A DNA stretch of 52,467 nucleotides from assembly GCA_002790365.1 (NCBI GenBank), contig PFVA01000051.1, forward strand, positions 1-52,467. The letters are read 5' to 3'. A program made the translations under genes and the position numbers. Of this stretch, positions 31,602-41,290 are shown piece by piece. The stretch comes from Ignavibacteriales bacterium CG_4_9_14_3_um_filter_30_11. Lineage in GTDB: Bacteria > Bacteroidota > Ignavibacteria > Ignavibacteriales > Ignavibacteriaceae. How positions within the stretch are numbered: position 1 is the stretch's first letter; the number at the start of each line of letters is the position of its first letter. The notes below the pieces were generated by a model, which saw only the letters and a list, made by a program, of their open reading frames with translations, did not search any database and was not told the DNA's origin.

Positions 31602-33011
31602 TTAACTAAAGTAGATTAACCAAATAATGGTATAAATCGGAATTAAAATTGGAATAGCATATTTAATTAAATATGCAAAAAAGCTAGGCATTTCAATACC
31701 GGCTCTTTCAGAAATAGATTTTACCATAAAGTTTGGACCATTGCCAATATATGTCATTGCACCAAAGAAAACAGCTGAAACAGAAATTGCTCTAAGAAAA
31801 ATATCATCTTTAAAAATAAATTCTATTACTTGTGACTTCACATTTACATCTAAATAAAATTTACCCATTGCAGCACTTAAAAAATTTAAATAAGTTGGTG
31901 TATTATCCAACGCTGAAGACAAAATTCCTGTAGCCCAATAAAATGAAGTTGCGTGAAGCATATCGTGATTTTGTTGAGAAAATATTGCGATTAATTGTAA
32001 GGCTGGAATCATTGTTAAAAATATACCCACGAATAAGTATGCTACTTCCTTTATAGGTTCAAAATCAAATTCGTTTGCCTTAAGAATATCTGGATGAGCT
32101 TTATTATATGAAAGAAATACTACACCGAACATAATTATTTCTCTAATGCCAAATGGAAGTGGTTTTAAACTTGGTACCCAGCTCATTATTCCGGGGTCAA
32201 TAAAAACAGCTACAATAATTACTACTAAATAAATCAAATTCTTCACACCTTTAAATTCTATCTTTCCAGAATATTCTACAGCTTCAGTTGTCTCCAATTT
32301 TGAATGGTTATTTTTATCAATAATATAAAAGACCAATAAAATAATTAGCAGAGTAGGAATCCAAATGTACCAGACATTTTCTATAACCCAAAGAAACGGC
32401 ACACCTCTTAAAAATCCAATAAATAATGGTGGATCGCCAATTGGTGTTAATGCACCACCAACATTACTTACTAAAAAAATAAAAAATATTATGTGGTATG
32501 GTTTTATTCTGTCCTTATTCATTTTTATAAAAGGACGGATTAACAACATGGATGCACCTGTTGTACCAATTACATTTGCAATTACTGCACCAAATAATAA
32601 AAATAAAATATTTGCAATTGGTGTTGCTTCGCGATCAATTTTTATTAGAATTCCACCTGAAGCTACAAATAGAGAACTGAGTAAAGCAATAAAGGAAACA
32701 TATTCTATAAAAATATGAATGACACTGTGATAATCTTTTAAAAAATATACATAATAAACTACGGTTACTAACCCAAGTAAAATTGAAATCTTTGGATAGT
32801 GTCTTTCCCAAAAATGTTTGTAAAATAAAGGTCCCGTTGCAATTAAAATTAAAAGAATTACAAAAGGGAGGAGCATATAAATACTTGGTGTTACCACACT
32901 TTCTGTTTCAGAGGCAATTACGGTACTTCCAGCAGCAAATAAATTAATAGAAAACAATGTTCCTAATAAAAGGAATAAAGAAAAAAAGAAAAATTTTTTA
33001 TTAGTAAACAT
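31602..33011 (-). CDS. NhaD-like Na+/H+ antiporter / ion transporter (IT) superfamily permease
   Basis: 469-aa polytopic protein. GPLFYKHFWERHYPKI and GDPPLFIGFLRGVPFLW blocks match the sodium:proton antiporter (NhaD/ArsB/citrate-transporter fold) family common in FCB bacteria. Confidence 0.7.
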   Translation of the reverse strand: MFTNKKFFFFSLFLLLGTLFSINLFAAGSTVIASETESVVTPSIYMLLPFVILLILIATGPLFYKHFWERHYPKISILLGLVTVVYYVYFLKDYHSVIHIFIEYVSFIALLSSLFVASGGILIKIDREATPIANILFLLFGAVIANVIGTTGASMLLIRPFIKMNKDRIKPYHIIFFIFLVSNVGGALTPIGDPPLFIGFLRGVPFLWVIENVWYIWIPTLLIILLVFYIIDKNNHSKLETTEAVEYSGKIEFKGVKNLIYLVVIIVAVFIDPGIMSWVPSLKPLPFGIREIIMFGVVFLSYNKAHPDILKANEFDFEPIKEVAYLFVGIFLTMIPALQLIAIFSQQNHDMLHATSFYWATGILSSALDNTPTYLNFLSAAMGKFYLDVNVKSQVIEFIFKDDIFLRAISVSAVFFGAMTYIGNGPNFMVKSISERAGIEMPSFFAYLIKYAIPILIPIYTIIWLIYFS

Positions 33012-33025
33012 TAAAATTTCAGTCT

Positions 33026-34549
33026 TTATTTAATTGTAATATTTTGATAATGGAAAACTTGTTCAATTACTTTGTTGGTAGTTTTTTCTGACACTTTTAA
33101 AAATGTGCTTGGGTAAATACCAATCCAAATTATTAAAATAAAAACTGGTAAAAGTACAAACATTTCTCTTTTATTTATATCATTTAAGTTTTCCATTTTA
33201 GGATTTGTTACCTTTCCAAACACAACTCTTTGATACATCCATAATAAATATATTGCAGCAAAAATTACTCCCGATGCTGCAAATACTGTATAGACCCAGC
33301 TGTTTAAAACAGAAGATTGAAAAGACCCAAGTAATATTAAAAATTCACCAACAAAACCATTTAGCCCGGGTAAACCTATAGATGAAAGCGAGGCAAACAT
33401 TAATGCAAAAGCATAAAAAGGAACTACTTTAGCTAATCCGCCATATTCTGAAATTTCTCTTGTATGTGTCCTTTCATAAATAATACCAACTAAAAGGAAT
33501 AAAGCTCCGGTTGATAAACCATGATTTACCATTTGAATTATTGCACCTTGTAAAGATTCTTGATTCATTGCAAAAATTCCTAGGACAACAAATCCCAAAT
33601 GAGCAACGGATGAATATGCAACAAGTTTTTTCATATCTTTTTGAACCATTGCAACAAGAGCTCCATAAATAATGCCTATGACTGCAAGTACAGAAATAAA
33701 TGGAGCAAAATAAATTGATGCTTGAGGGAATAAAGGTAAATTAAATCTTATTAATCCGTAAGTTCCCATCTTTAAAAGAACAGCAGCAAGAATTACACTA
33801 CCTGCAGTAGGTGCTTCAGTATGAGCATCTGGAAGCCAGGTGTGTAATGGAAATAAAGGTACTTTAATTGCAAAACTTAATGCAAAAGCCAAAAACATAT
33901 AAAGTTGAATTGATTGAGGAATAGTTGGACCTATTTTATATAATTCAATAATGTTCGTAGAAAAATAACCTAAAGAATCTGATGCATAAATTGCCAGCCA
34001 AATTATTGCAACAAGCATTAATAAACCACCAACCATTGTATAAATAAAAAATTTAACTGATGCATAAATTCTTCTTTCTCCTCCCCAAATACCAATTATA
34101 AAATACATTGGGATAAGCATTAGTTCCCAAAAAATATAAAATAGGAAAAGGTCTAAAGAAATAAAAACACCTATAATTCCGGTTTCCAGCATTAAAAAAA
34201 AGAAAGTAAACTCTTTAACATTCTTTTGTATGCTTGACCAACTTGAAATTAAAGTTAATGGAGTGATAAAAGCCGTTAATAAAATAAGCAACATTGACAT
34301 TCCATCAATGCCGATAAAGAAACTAATATTTAGATTTGAAATCCAACTTACTTTAAAAAGAAATTGGAACTCTCCGGAATTGTTATTATAATTTGAATAA
34401 ATAATTAATGAGAGGATAAATACAATAACTGAAATTGCCAACCCAAAATATCTTATAAGATTTTCATTCTTTTTATTTATAAAAAGAAGTAAAACCGAAC
34501 CAAGAATTGGCAGAAATAATATTATTGAAAGTAAAGTATTTGATTCCAT
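33026..34549 (-). CDS. nuoM: NADH-quinone oxidoreductase subunit M
   Basis: WLPDAHTEAPTAGSVILA motif, 507 aa. Confidence 0.92.
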   Translation of the reverse strand: MESNTLLSIILFLPILGSVLLLFINKKNENLIRYFGLAISVIVFILSLIIYSNYNNNSGEFQFLFKVSWISNLNISFFIGIDGMSMLLILLTAFITPLTLISSWSSIQKNVKEFTFFFLMLETGIIGVFISLDLFLFYIFWELMLIPMYFIIGIWGGERRIYASVKFFIYTMVGGLLMLVAIIWLAIYASDSLGYFSTNIIELYKIGPTIPQSIQLYMFLAFALSFAIKVPLFPLHTWLPDAHTEAPTAGSVILAAVLLKMGTYGLIRFNLPLFPQASIYFAPFISVLAVIGIIYGALVAMVQKDMKKLVAYSSVAHLGFVVLGIFAMNQESLQGAIIQMVNHGLSTGALFLLVGIIYERTHTREISEYGGLAKVVPFYAFALMFASLSSIGLPGLNGFVGEFLILLGSFQSSVLNSWVYTVFAASGVIFAAIYLLWMYQRVVFGKVTNPKMENLNDINKREMFVLLPVFILIIWIGIYPSTFLKVSEKTTNKVIEQVFHYQNITIK

Positions 34550-34553
34550 AAAA

Positions 34554-36491
34554 TTATAAAGTAAAAATTACCCAAAACAGTGCAATTGCAATTCCAACAG
34601 CCATAATTAAAGCATAGAATTGTGCAATACCGTTTTCAAATTTCCTTATCCTTGTTGAAATAGAATTAATAATTGATGCAAGACCATTTACTGTGCCGTC
34701 AATTAATTTTGCATCTGTTATCTTCCAAAGCACTGATTCTGATAATTTATAAATTGGTGTTACTATTAGCCAATTATAAAATTCATCAATAAAATATTTA
34801 TTCCATAAAATTTTATGAATGCCGTAAAACTTACTCTTCATTTTATCAGCAAAAGAAGGATTCTTTAAATAAATACTTCTTGCAACCATAATACCGGTTA
34901 CAGCCAATATAATAGGAACTATCATTAATGTAATTTCAGTTGAATGAGGGTATGTTTGATAATGTGCTAATTTTAGTTCAGCATTCTTAAAAATGGGTTC
35001 AAGCCAATGTTCAAATTTGTTGCCGCCCTCACCTGAGAATAGTGCAGGAATTCCGATAAATCCTCCTATTACTGAAAGAACTCCCAATGCAATTAAAGGA
35101 GTGGTTATTACTTTTGGGGACTCGTGTGGGTTTTTATCCTTAGCAATTCTTTCTTTGCCCATAAAGGTGAGATAAACTAATCTGAACATATAAAATGCTG
35201 TTAACAAAGCTGTGAATGCACCAACACCCCAGTATAAAATATTTCCATTTGCAAATGAAAACCAAAGTATTTCATCTTTACTAAAAAATCCTGACAACGG
35301 AGGAATGCCTGATATTGCTAATGAAGCTATCAAAAAAGTTGTAAAAGTTGCTGGCATATATTTTTTTAATCCGCCGTAATTTTGAATGTTCTGTTCTTCG
35401 TGCATTGCGTGAATAATTGAACCGGCACCCAAAAATAAAAGTGCCTTAAAAAAAGCGTGAGTCATTAAATGAAAAATACCTGCTGAAAAAGCACCAACAC
35501 CCAAAGCCAAAAACATATATCCAAGTTGCGAAATTGTTGAGTAAGCCAAAACTTTTTTAATATCATTTTGAACAAGACCAATGGTTGCAGCAAATAAAGC
35601 TGTAACTAAACCTACAATTGCAACAACAGTTAATATTGCCGGAGCTGAGACAAAAATTATTGAACATCTGGCAACCATATAAACACCTGCTGTTACCATT
35701 GTTGCGGCGTGTATTAAAGCTGACACCGGAGTAGGTCCTGCCATTGCGTCCGGAAGCCAAACATAAAGAGGTAATTGTGCTGATTTACCTGTTGCCCCAA
35801 TAAATAAAAATAATGCAATAAAATTAAAAGTAGATTCCGGAATTCCGGAAGCACCAGCTCTTGCAAAAACTTCCGAAAAATTTAGACTCCCAAATGTTAA
35901 ATAAATTAAAAACATTCCTAACAAAAATCCAAAGTCACCAATTCTGTTTACAATAAAAGCTTTTTTCCCTGCTTCAGAAGTTGTACTCTTTTCAAATTTT
36001 TTGTCATACCAAAAACCAATAAGTAGATAAGAACAAAGACCAACACCTTCCCATCCTAAGAATAAAAGAACAAAATTATCAGCTAGAATTAAATTCATCA
36101 TAGCAAAGATGAATAAGTTGAGGTAGGCAAAAAATCTCCAAAAAGATTTATCACCATGCATATAACCGATTGAGTAAACATGAATTATAAAGCCAACCCC
36201 TGTTACAACCAATGCCATTATTAAGGATAACTGATCTACCTGATAGGCAATATTTATATTCAGATTGCCTGCATTTATCCAAGTAAAAAGTTCAATAATT
36301 TGTTTTCTGTTTTCTTCAGGTAGTGCTAATGTTTGAAAGAATGAGAGTAATATGATAATGAAAGATAATCCAACAGCAGAACTTCCAATAATTCCAATTA
36401 CTTTTTCATTTTTAATTTTAGTACCGAATATTCCATTTATTAGGAAACCAAGTAAAGGAAGAAGGACAGTTAAATATATAATATCTACCAT
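34554..36491 (-). CDS. nuoL: NADH-quinone oxidoreductase subunit L
   Basis: WEGVGLCSYLLIGFW, WLPDAMAGPTPVSALIHAATMV and a C-terminal lateral-helix region. 645 aa. Confidence 0.92.
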   Translation of the reverse strand: MVDIIYLTVLLPLLGFLINGIFGTKIKNEKVIGIIGSSAVGLSFIIILLSFFQTLALPEENRKQIIELFTWINAGNLNINIAYQVDQLSLIMALVVTGVGFIIHVYSIGYMHGDKSFWRFFAYLNLFIFAMMNLILADNFVLLFLGWEGVGLCSYLLIGFWYDKKFEKSTTSEAGKKAFIVNRIGDFGFLLGMFLIYLTFGSLNFSEVFARAGASGIPESTFNFIALFLFIGATGKSAQLPLYVWLPDAMAGPTPVSALIHAATMVTAGVYMVARCSIIFVSAPAILTVVAIVGLVTALFAATIGLVQNDIKKVLAYSTISQLGYMFLALGVGAFSAGIFHLMTHAFFKALLFLGAGSIIHAMHEEQNIQNYGGLKKYMPATFTTFLIASLAISGIPPLSGFFSKDEILWFSFANGNILYWGVGAFTALLTAFYMFRLVYLTFMGKERIAKDKNPHESPKVITTPLIALGVLSVIGGFIGIPALFSGEGGNKFEHWLEPIFKNAELKLAHYQTYPHSTEITLMIVPIILAVTGIMVARSIYLKNPSFADKMKSKFYGIHKILWNKYFIDEFYNWLIVTPIYKLSESVLWKITDAKLIDGTVNGLASIINSISTRIRKFENGIAQFYALIMAVGIAIALFWVIFTL

Positions 36492-36560
36492 ATTTTCTTA
36501 TCTATATACCGTATAAAAATTGAAAAATTTAATATTAAAATTACATATTATAATGTAAAA

Positions 36561-36933
36561 TTATCTTTTACCTTTTAAAGTAAGAATACTAGATGCAAAA
36601 ATTTTACTAATTTCATAAATTTCTTTTAAGAACTCATCTGCTACTTCTTTATTAGCTCTTCCACTATCTCTCAGTAAAACAAAGCCATAATTTACTTTCA
36701 TTTGAAGATTTCAAAAAAGTATTAAAATAATATGTGAAATCTTTTTTACTGCTTGCTGATTGTCCTTCAATATAATTACCAAGAATACTTGTTTCACTTC
36801 TCAATTACTGATCTCCGAGTCTTCTTGATACATTATCTTTTGGTAAAGAATCTAAAAATTTTATAAGTCTTAATGCAAAATCATAAAGTTACTTATTAAG
36901 CTTAATTTTGAATTTTGCTTTGTCATTTCCCAT
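36561..36933 (-). pseudogene. Decayed four-helix-bundle protein gene (23S rRNA intervening-sequence protein family)
   Basis: Manual minus-strand translation gives MGNDKAKFKIKLNK*LYDFALRLIKFLDSLPKDNVSRRLGDQ*LRSETSILGNYIEGQSASSKKDFTYYFNTFLKSSNESKLWLCF(+1 nt)LRDSGRANKEVADEFLKEIYEISKIFASSILTLKGKR*. That is two in-frame TAA stops and one frameshift in an otherwise full-length (about 123-codon) family member. Confidence 0.75.
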
Positions 36934-36963
36934 TTTGACTTTTTATTTTTTAATTCAAATATC

Positions 36964-37269
36964 TTACCATTTTAGGATATTTATTTCATCAATATTTAAT
37001 GTCTTTTTATTACGGAACATAGCAATAATTATTGCTAAGCCTATCGCAGCTTCAGCGGCTGCTACAGTCATTACAAAAAACACAAAAAGCTGACCAATTG
37101 AATTACCCAAATATGATGAGAATGCTACTAAAGTTAAATTCGCAGAATTAAGCATTAACTCAATAGACATAAAAACAACAATAGCATTTCTTCTAATAAG
37201 TACACCAATTACTCCTATGATAAACATAAAAGCACTAAGTACTAAATAATATCCTATTGATAATTCCAT
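36964..37269 (-). CDS. nuoK: NADH-quinone oxidoreductase subunit K
   Basis: 101 aa with 3 TM segments and the [11 protein letters not shown]...EAAIGLAII pattern. Confidence 0.92.
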   Translation of the reverse strand: MELSIGYYLVLSAFMFIIGVIGVLIRRNAIVVFMSIELMLNSANLTLVAFSSYLGNSIGQLFVFFVMTVAAAEAAIGLAIIIAMFRNKKTLNIDEINILKW

Positions 37270-37275
37270 AATTCC

Positions 37276-37791
37276 TTATCCAAATTTTTTCTTTGCTAAA
37301 ACTAATGCACCAATAGTTGCAGCTAATAATAGAAATCCCGCTGCTTCAAATGGAAGTATATAATTAGTATAAAGTTGTTTACCTATTTCTTCTATTGTAC
37401 CGGCTTTTATACTTTCTTCAATTCCGACATTAGTTGGATTATGAGCATTGTTAAAAAATATTAGATAAATGAGCTGGAAGAAAATAACCGCACCAATTAT
37501 AACGGCAAATATTTTTATAGAAGGATTAGCTTCTAGGAATTTCTTTTCATTCTCAGGTCTTAAAAGCATTATTACAAAAAGAAATAATACCATAATTGCA
37601 CCTGCATAAACTATAACCTGAACTACAGCTATGAATTGCGCATTTAAAGTGATATAAATACCGGCTAAACCAGCAAAATTAAGTACTAAAAATAAGGCAC
37701 TTACAACTACATCTTTTCTAGTAATCATTAATACTGAAGAAACAGCAGATATTGAACCAAAAAAAATAAATAATATGAGTTGTAGTGACAT
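37276..37791 (-). CDS. nuoJ: NADH-quinone oxidoreductase subunit J
   Basis: 171 aa with the VQVIVYAGAIMVLFLFVIML motif, directly upstream of nuoK. Confidence 0.88.
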   Translation of the reverse strand: MSLQLILFIFFGSISAVSSVLMITRKDVVVSALFLVLNFAGLAGIYITLNAQFIAVVQVIVYAGAIMVLFLFVIMLLRPENEKKFLEANPSIKIFAVIIGAVIFFQLIYLIFFNNAHNPTNVGIEESIKAGTIEEIGKQLYTNYILPFEAAGFLLLAATIGALVLAKKKFG

Positions 37792-37809
37792 AAGTTTTTA
37801 ATTCCCCTA

Positions 37810-39105
37810 TTATGGTGTATTTCTATAAATCATTCTTGGAAACGGAATAGTTTCTCTAATATGATCCAATCCACAAATCCAGCTTACAGTTCTTTCAAGA
37901 CCAAGCCCAAATCCTGAATGAGGAACCGATCCGTATCTTCTTAAATCCAAATACCACTCAAAATATTTTTGAGGTAATTTGTGTTCTTTAATTCTTTCAA
38001 TTAATAGATCTAAACTATCTTCTCTCTGACTCCCGCCAATTATTTCACCATATCCTTCAGGTGCAAGTACATCAAGTGCTAATGCTAATTTAGGATTTTC
38101 AGGATCTCGTTTCATATAAAATGCTTTTACTGCTGCAGGATAACGATGCACCATTACAGGTCTATCAAATTGATTTGAAATTATTGTTTCATCTGCACCA
38201 CCAAGATCATTACCCCATTCAAAATCAACTCCATTGTCTTTTAATATTTTAACTGCTTCGTCATATGTAATTCTTGGTAAAGGTGCTTTTATATTTTTAA
38301 GGAAAGAAGTATCTCTTTCCAAAGTTTTTAATTCTGTTTCGCAATCTTTTAAAACTGTCTGAACAACATATTCTAAAAATTGTTCAGCTAGATTCATATT
38401 GTCATTTAAATCTGCAAAAGCAACTTCAGGTTCAACCATCCAAAATTCTGTAAGATGTCTTCTTGTTTTTGATTTTTCAGCACGAAAGGTCGGACCAAAA
38501 TTATAAACTTTACCTAAAGCCATAGCATTTGCTTCAGCATATAATTGACCTGATTGTGTTAAATATGCTTGCCCCAAATCAAAATAATCTGTAGCAAAAA
38601 GAGTTGATGTACCTTCACACGCAGCAGGTGTTAAAATTGGTGTATCAACTAAAATAAAACCATTGTTATCAAAAAAATCTCTAATAGCTTTTACAATTCT
38701 GGCTCTTACTTTTAATATTGAAGATTGTTTACTGGAACGCAGCCATAGATGGCGGTGATCCATTAAAAATTCTATCCCATGATCTTTAGGTGTTATAGGA
38801 TAGTCTTTTGATTCACCTATAACTTTAAGGTCAATTCCGTCTAACTCATAACCACCTGGTGAGCGAGGTTCTGCTTTTACTTTCCCTTTTATTTCTATAG
38901 ATGATTCTTGTCCGATTTTATCAGCAATTTCAAATATTTCTTCAGAAACATTTCCTTTGAAGTATACACATTGAACTATGCCGGAACCATCACGAAGCAA
39001 TAAAAATTTTAATTTCCCACTTGATCTTTTGTTGTAAAGCCAGCCACTTAAAGTAACTTCTTTACCTACATATTCTGATAAATCCTTAACTAAAATTTTC
39101 TGCAT
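37810..39105 (-). CDS. asnS: Asparagine--tRNA ligase
   Basis: OB-fold N-domain plus class II core ([37 protein letters not shown]). 431 aa. Confidence 0.92.
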   Translation of the reverse strand: MQKILVKDLSEYVGKEVTLSGWLYNKRSSGKLKFLLLRDGSGIVQCVYFKGNVSEEIFEIADKIGQESSIEIKGKVKAEPRSPGGYELDGIDLKVIGESKDYPITPKDHGIEFLMDHRHLWLRSSKQSSILKVRARIVKAIRDFFDNNGFILVDTPILTPAACEGTSTLFATDYFDLGQAYLTQSGQLYAEANAMALGKVYNFGPTFRAEKSKTRRHLTEFWMVEPEVAFADLNDNMNLAEQFLEYVVQTVLKDCETELKTLERDTSFLKNIKAPLPRITYDEAVKILKDNGVDFEWGNDLGGADETIISNQFDRPVMVHRYPAAVKAFYMKRDPENPKLALALDVLAPEGYGEIIGGSQREDSLDLLIERIKEHKLPQKYFEWYLDLRRYGSVPHSGFGLGLERTVSWICGLDHIRETIPFPRMIYRNTP

Positions 39106-39446
39106 TAGGAATAATAATTATTTTAAATTGAATTGTTAATATAAATAGAGGTAAAAATAAAAGCAAAGGATGTAAGTTTGACTTTATACCTAAGTTGTTA
39201 TGATTTTATAATATAAATTGGCAATATTGAACCTTAAAATTCTATAAATAATATTAATATTATATAATTGAAATCTTCTATTACTAATTATATTATAATA
39301 CATATTAATAGGAATTATAAATTAGGATATAAACATGGATAATTCTCAATAATAAGAATATTATTAACTAGATGAATAATTTTAGTTAATATTTAATGGC
39401 ACAAACTTTGTTAATTTAAGTTTAAGGATTATGTTTAGATTATAAT

Positions 39447-39875
39447 ATGATTAAAAAGACACAAATATTTTTTATTCTTATAGTATTTTTTGGATCTACT
39501 ACTAGTCTGCCTATTACTATCCATTTATGCACCATGATGTTAAAAACAGATACAATGATTTGCAAAATATGTATGCCAAAAAATATAAATGATAATTATT
39601 GTGAAAAAAAAATTGACAATTTAGATTTTGGAAAAAATTCGATAAAAAATATCCCCTGCTGTGTGCAAACTTTTAATGACAATAAATTGAAAGATGATTT
39701 TGTACATGTAATTAACAATGCTAATAATTTATTAAGTCAATTAACTTGTGACACAAATAATTTTATAGATTTAAGCCCCATAAATAATAATTCATTTTTA
39801 AAAACTAGGATGAATTCGCCTCCAAATTATAACAGCAATCATTTATACTTATCACATTCTGCTCTTCTTATTTAA
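39447..39875 (+). CDS. Small N-terminally anchored Cys-rich protein with ordered HxC, CC and PP motifs
   Basis: 142 aa. Hydrophobic N-terminus, then IHLC, CKIC, YC, IPCC, C and SPP. It is the first gene of the plus-strand cus island. Confidence 0.6.
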   Translation: MIKKTQIFFILIVFFGSTTSLPITIHLCTMMLKTDTMICKICMPKNINDNYCEKKIDNLDFGKNSIKNIPCCVQTFNDNKLKDDFVHVINNANNLLSQLTCDTNNFIDLSPINNNSFLKTRMNSPPNYNSNHLYLSHSALLI

Positions 39876-39894
39876 TACCATAATACTTTTTATG

Positions 39895-39972
39895 TAATTC
39901 CTTGTCTGGAATTATAACAACAAATTTATTCTTCAATTAATTATACTGTTAAAAATTACAGTTTAATTGAAG
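39895..39972 (+). promoter_or_regulatory. Two hairpins between the HxC/CC/PP gene and cusC (possible terminator/attenuator)
   Basis: First hairpin: taattcc-N6-ggaatta (39895-39914). Second hairpin: cttcaattaa/ttaattgaag plus actgt/acagt (39931-39972), followed by a T-rich tract. Confidence 0.4.
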
Positions 39973-40009
39973 TTTTAATTTTATAAAAAATTTAATTAAG
40001 GTATTCTAA

Positions 40010-41278
40010 ATGAGAAAAAGAAAATTATATGCAGTTGTTGTTCTATTGTTTGTAATTTCAAATTTACAATTTGCACAAGATAACAACATAAAATCAATAA
40101 TAAACAAAAGTATTGAGTTAAGTCCTAAAATTAAAATGCTAAAAGCCAAAAGGGATATTGCATTTTATAGAATAGATCAAAAATCAAATTTGCCAGACCC
40201 AATGCTTACTTTAGCACTAATAAATTTACCTACAAATTCGTTTTCTTTTGATCAAGAAGCTATGACAGGAAAGATAATTGGATTAACTCAAAAATTTCCT
40301 TTTCCGGGTAAATTATCTGCTATGGAAGATTTTATGGCAATAGACACTCTTATTATTGATCAAGAAATAAATGATGAAATTAATAAAATAACAGAGACAG
40401 TAACAAAGAGTTATTTTGACTTAAGTTATTTTCGTCAAGCAATTTTTTATGCAGAAGAAACTGCAAAATTATTAAAAGAAATTGAAGATGTAGTAGGTGT
40501 TAAATATTCTGTATCAACCGCAACACAGCAAAACTTAATAAAAGTTCAGTTAGAGATCACTAAAATCTCTGATAAGATTGAAGAATTAAAATCGATGGAG
40601 AAAAACTCTCTATCAATCATAAATTCTTTTTTATTCAAAGAAGCTTCTAATAATATTAACACAGTAATAGTTTCGTCAATAAAACCGGTTAATATTAAAT
40701 TAGAAGAGTTAACAAATCTTGCAGAAAAAAACAGACCTTTTCTAAAAGGAATTAAATATTCAGTTGAGAAAGCACAATTAAGCAAAAGCATAGCTGATAA
40801 AGATTATTATCCGGATATAAGCTTAGGTGTTCAATATTCACTTAGAGAAAGGATTGCTTCAACCGGTAAAGATTTGGACAATATGATGAGCCTTGTTTTA
40901 GGAATTTCAATCCCAATAAATTATGGCGGGAAATTAACTGCTAAAGTAGAGGAATCAGTATCACTTCAAAAGCTGAATGAAGAAAAATATTCAACAGCAT
41001 TACAATTTTTAATCAGCAAATTTGGCTCTGATTTAGCTGAACTTAAATCTACAGAAGAAAGAATAAAATTATTTGAAGAGGGATTATTGCCTCAAGTAAA
41101 TCAAAACTTAAAATCAGCATTGGCAAGTTATCAAGTTGATGAAGTTGATTTTATAAATGTAATTGATGCTCAGGATCAACTATTTAAAATAGAAACCAAT
41201 TTATACAAGTTAAAAACTAATTATCTAAAGCAAATTGCAGAATTAGAATTTTTAACCGGAACAAGTTTAACAAATTAA
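40010..41278 (+). CDS. TolC/CusC-like outer membrane efflux protein
   Basis: 422 aa with a signal peptide and no lipobox Cys. Two OEP repeats, directly upstream of the adaptor and RND pump. Confidence 0.85.
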   Translation: MRKRKLYAVVVLLFVISNLQFAQDNNIKSIINKSIELSPKIKMLKAKRDIAFYRIDQKSNLPDPMLTLALINLPTNSFSFDQEAMTGKIIGLTQKFPFPGKLSAMEDFMAIDTLIIDQEINDEINKITETVTKSYFDLSYFRQAIFYAEETAKLLKEIEDVVGVKYSVSTATQQNLIKVQLEITKISDKIEELKSMEKNSLSIINSFLFKEASNNINTVIVSSIKPVNIKLEELTNLAEKNRPFLKGIKYSVEKAQLSKSIADKDYYPDISLGVQYSLRERIASTGKDLDNMMSLVLGISIPINYGGKLTAKVEESVSLQKLNEEKYSTALQFLISKFGSDLAELKSTEERIKLFEEGLLPQVNQNLKSALASYQVDEVDFINVIDAQDQLFKIETNLYKLKTNYLKQIAELEFLTGTSLTN

Positions 41279-41290
41279 TTTAATGGAGAA

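Noticed and set aside
36908-37093. Plus-strand 61-aa ORF spanning the nuoK 3' end
   Set aside because: It is antisense to nuoK and to the start of the four-helix-bundle pseudogene. The hydrophobic translation is a mirror artefact of a membrane protein gene.
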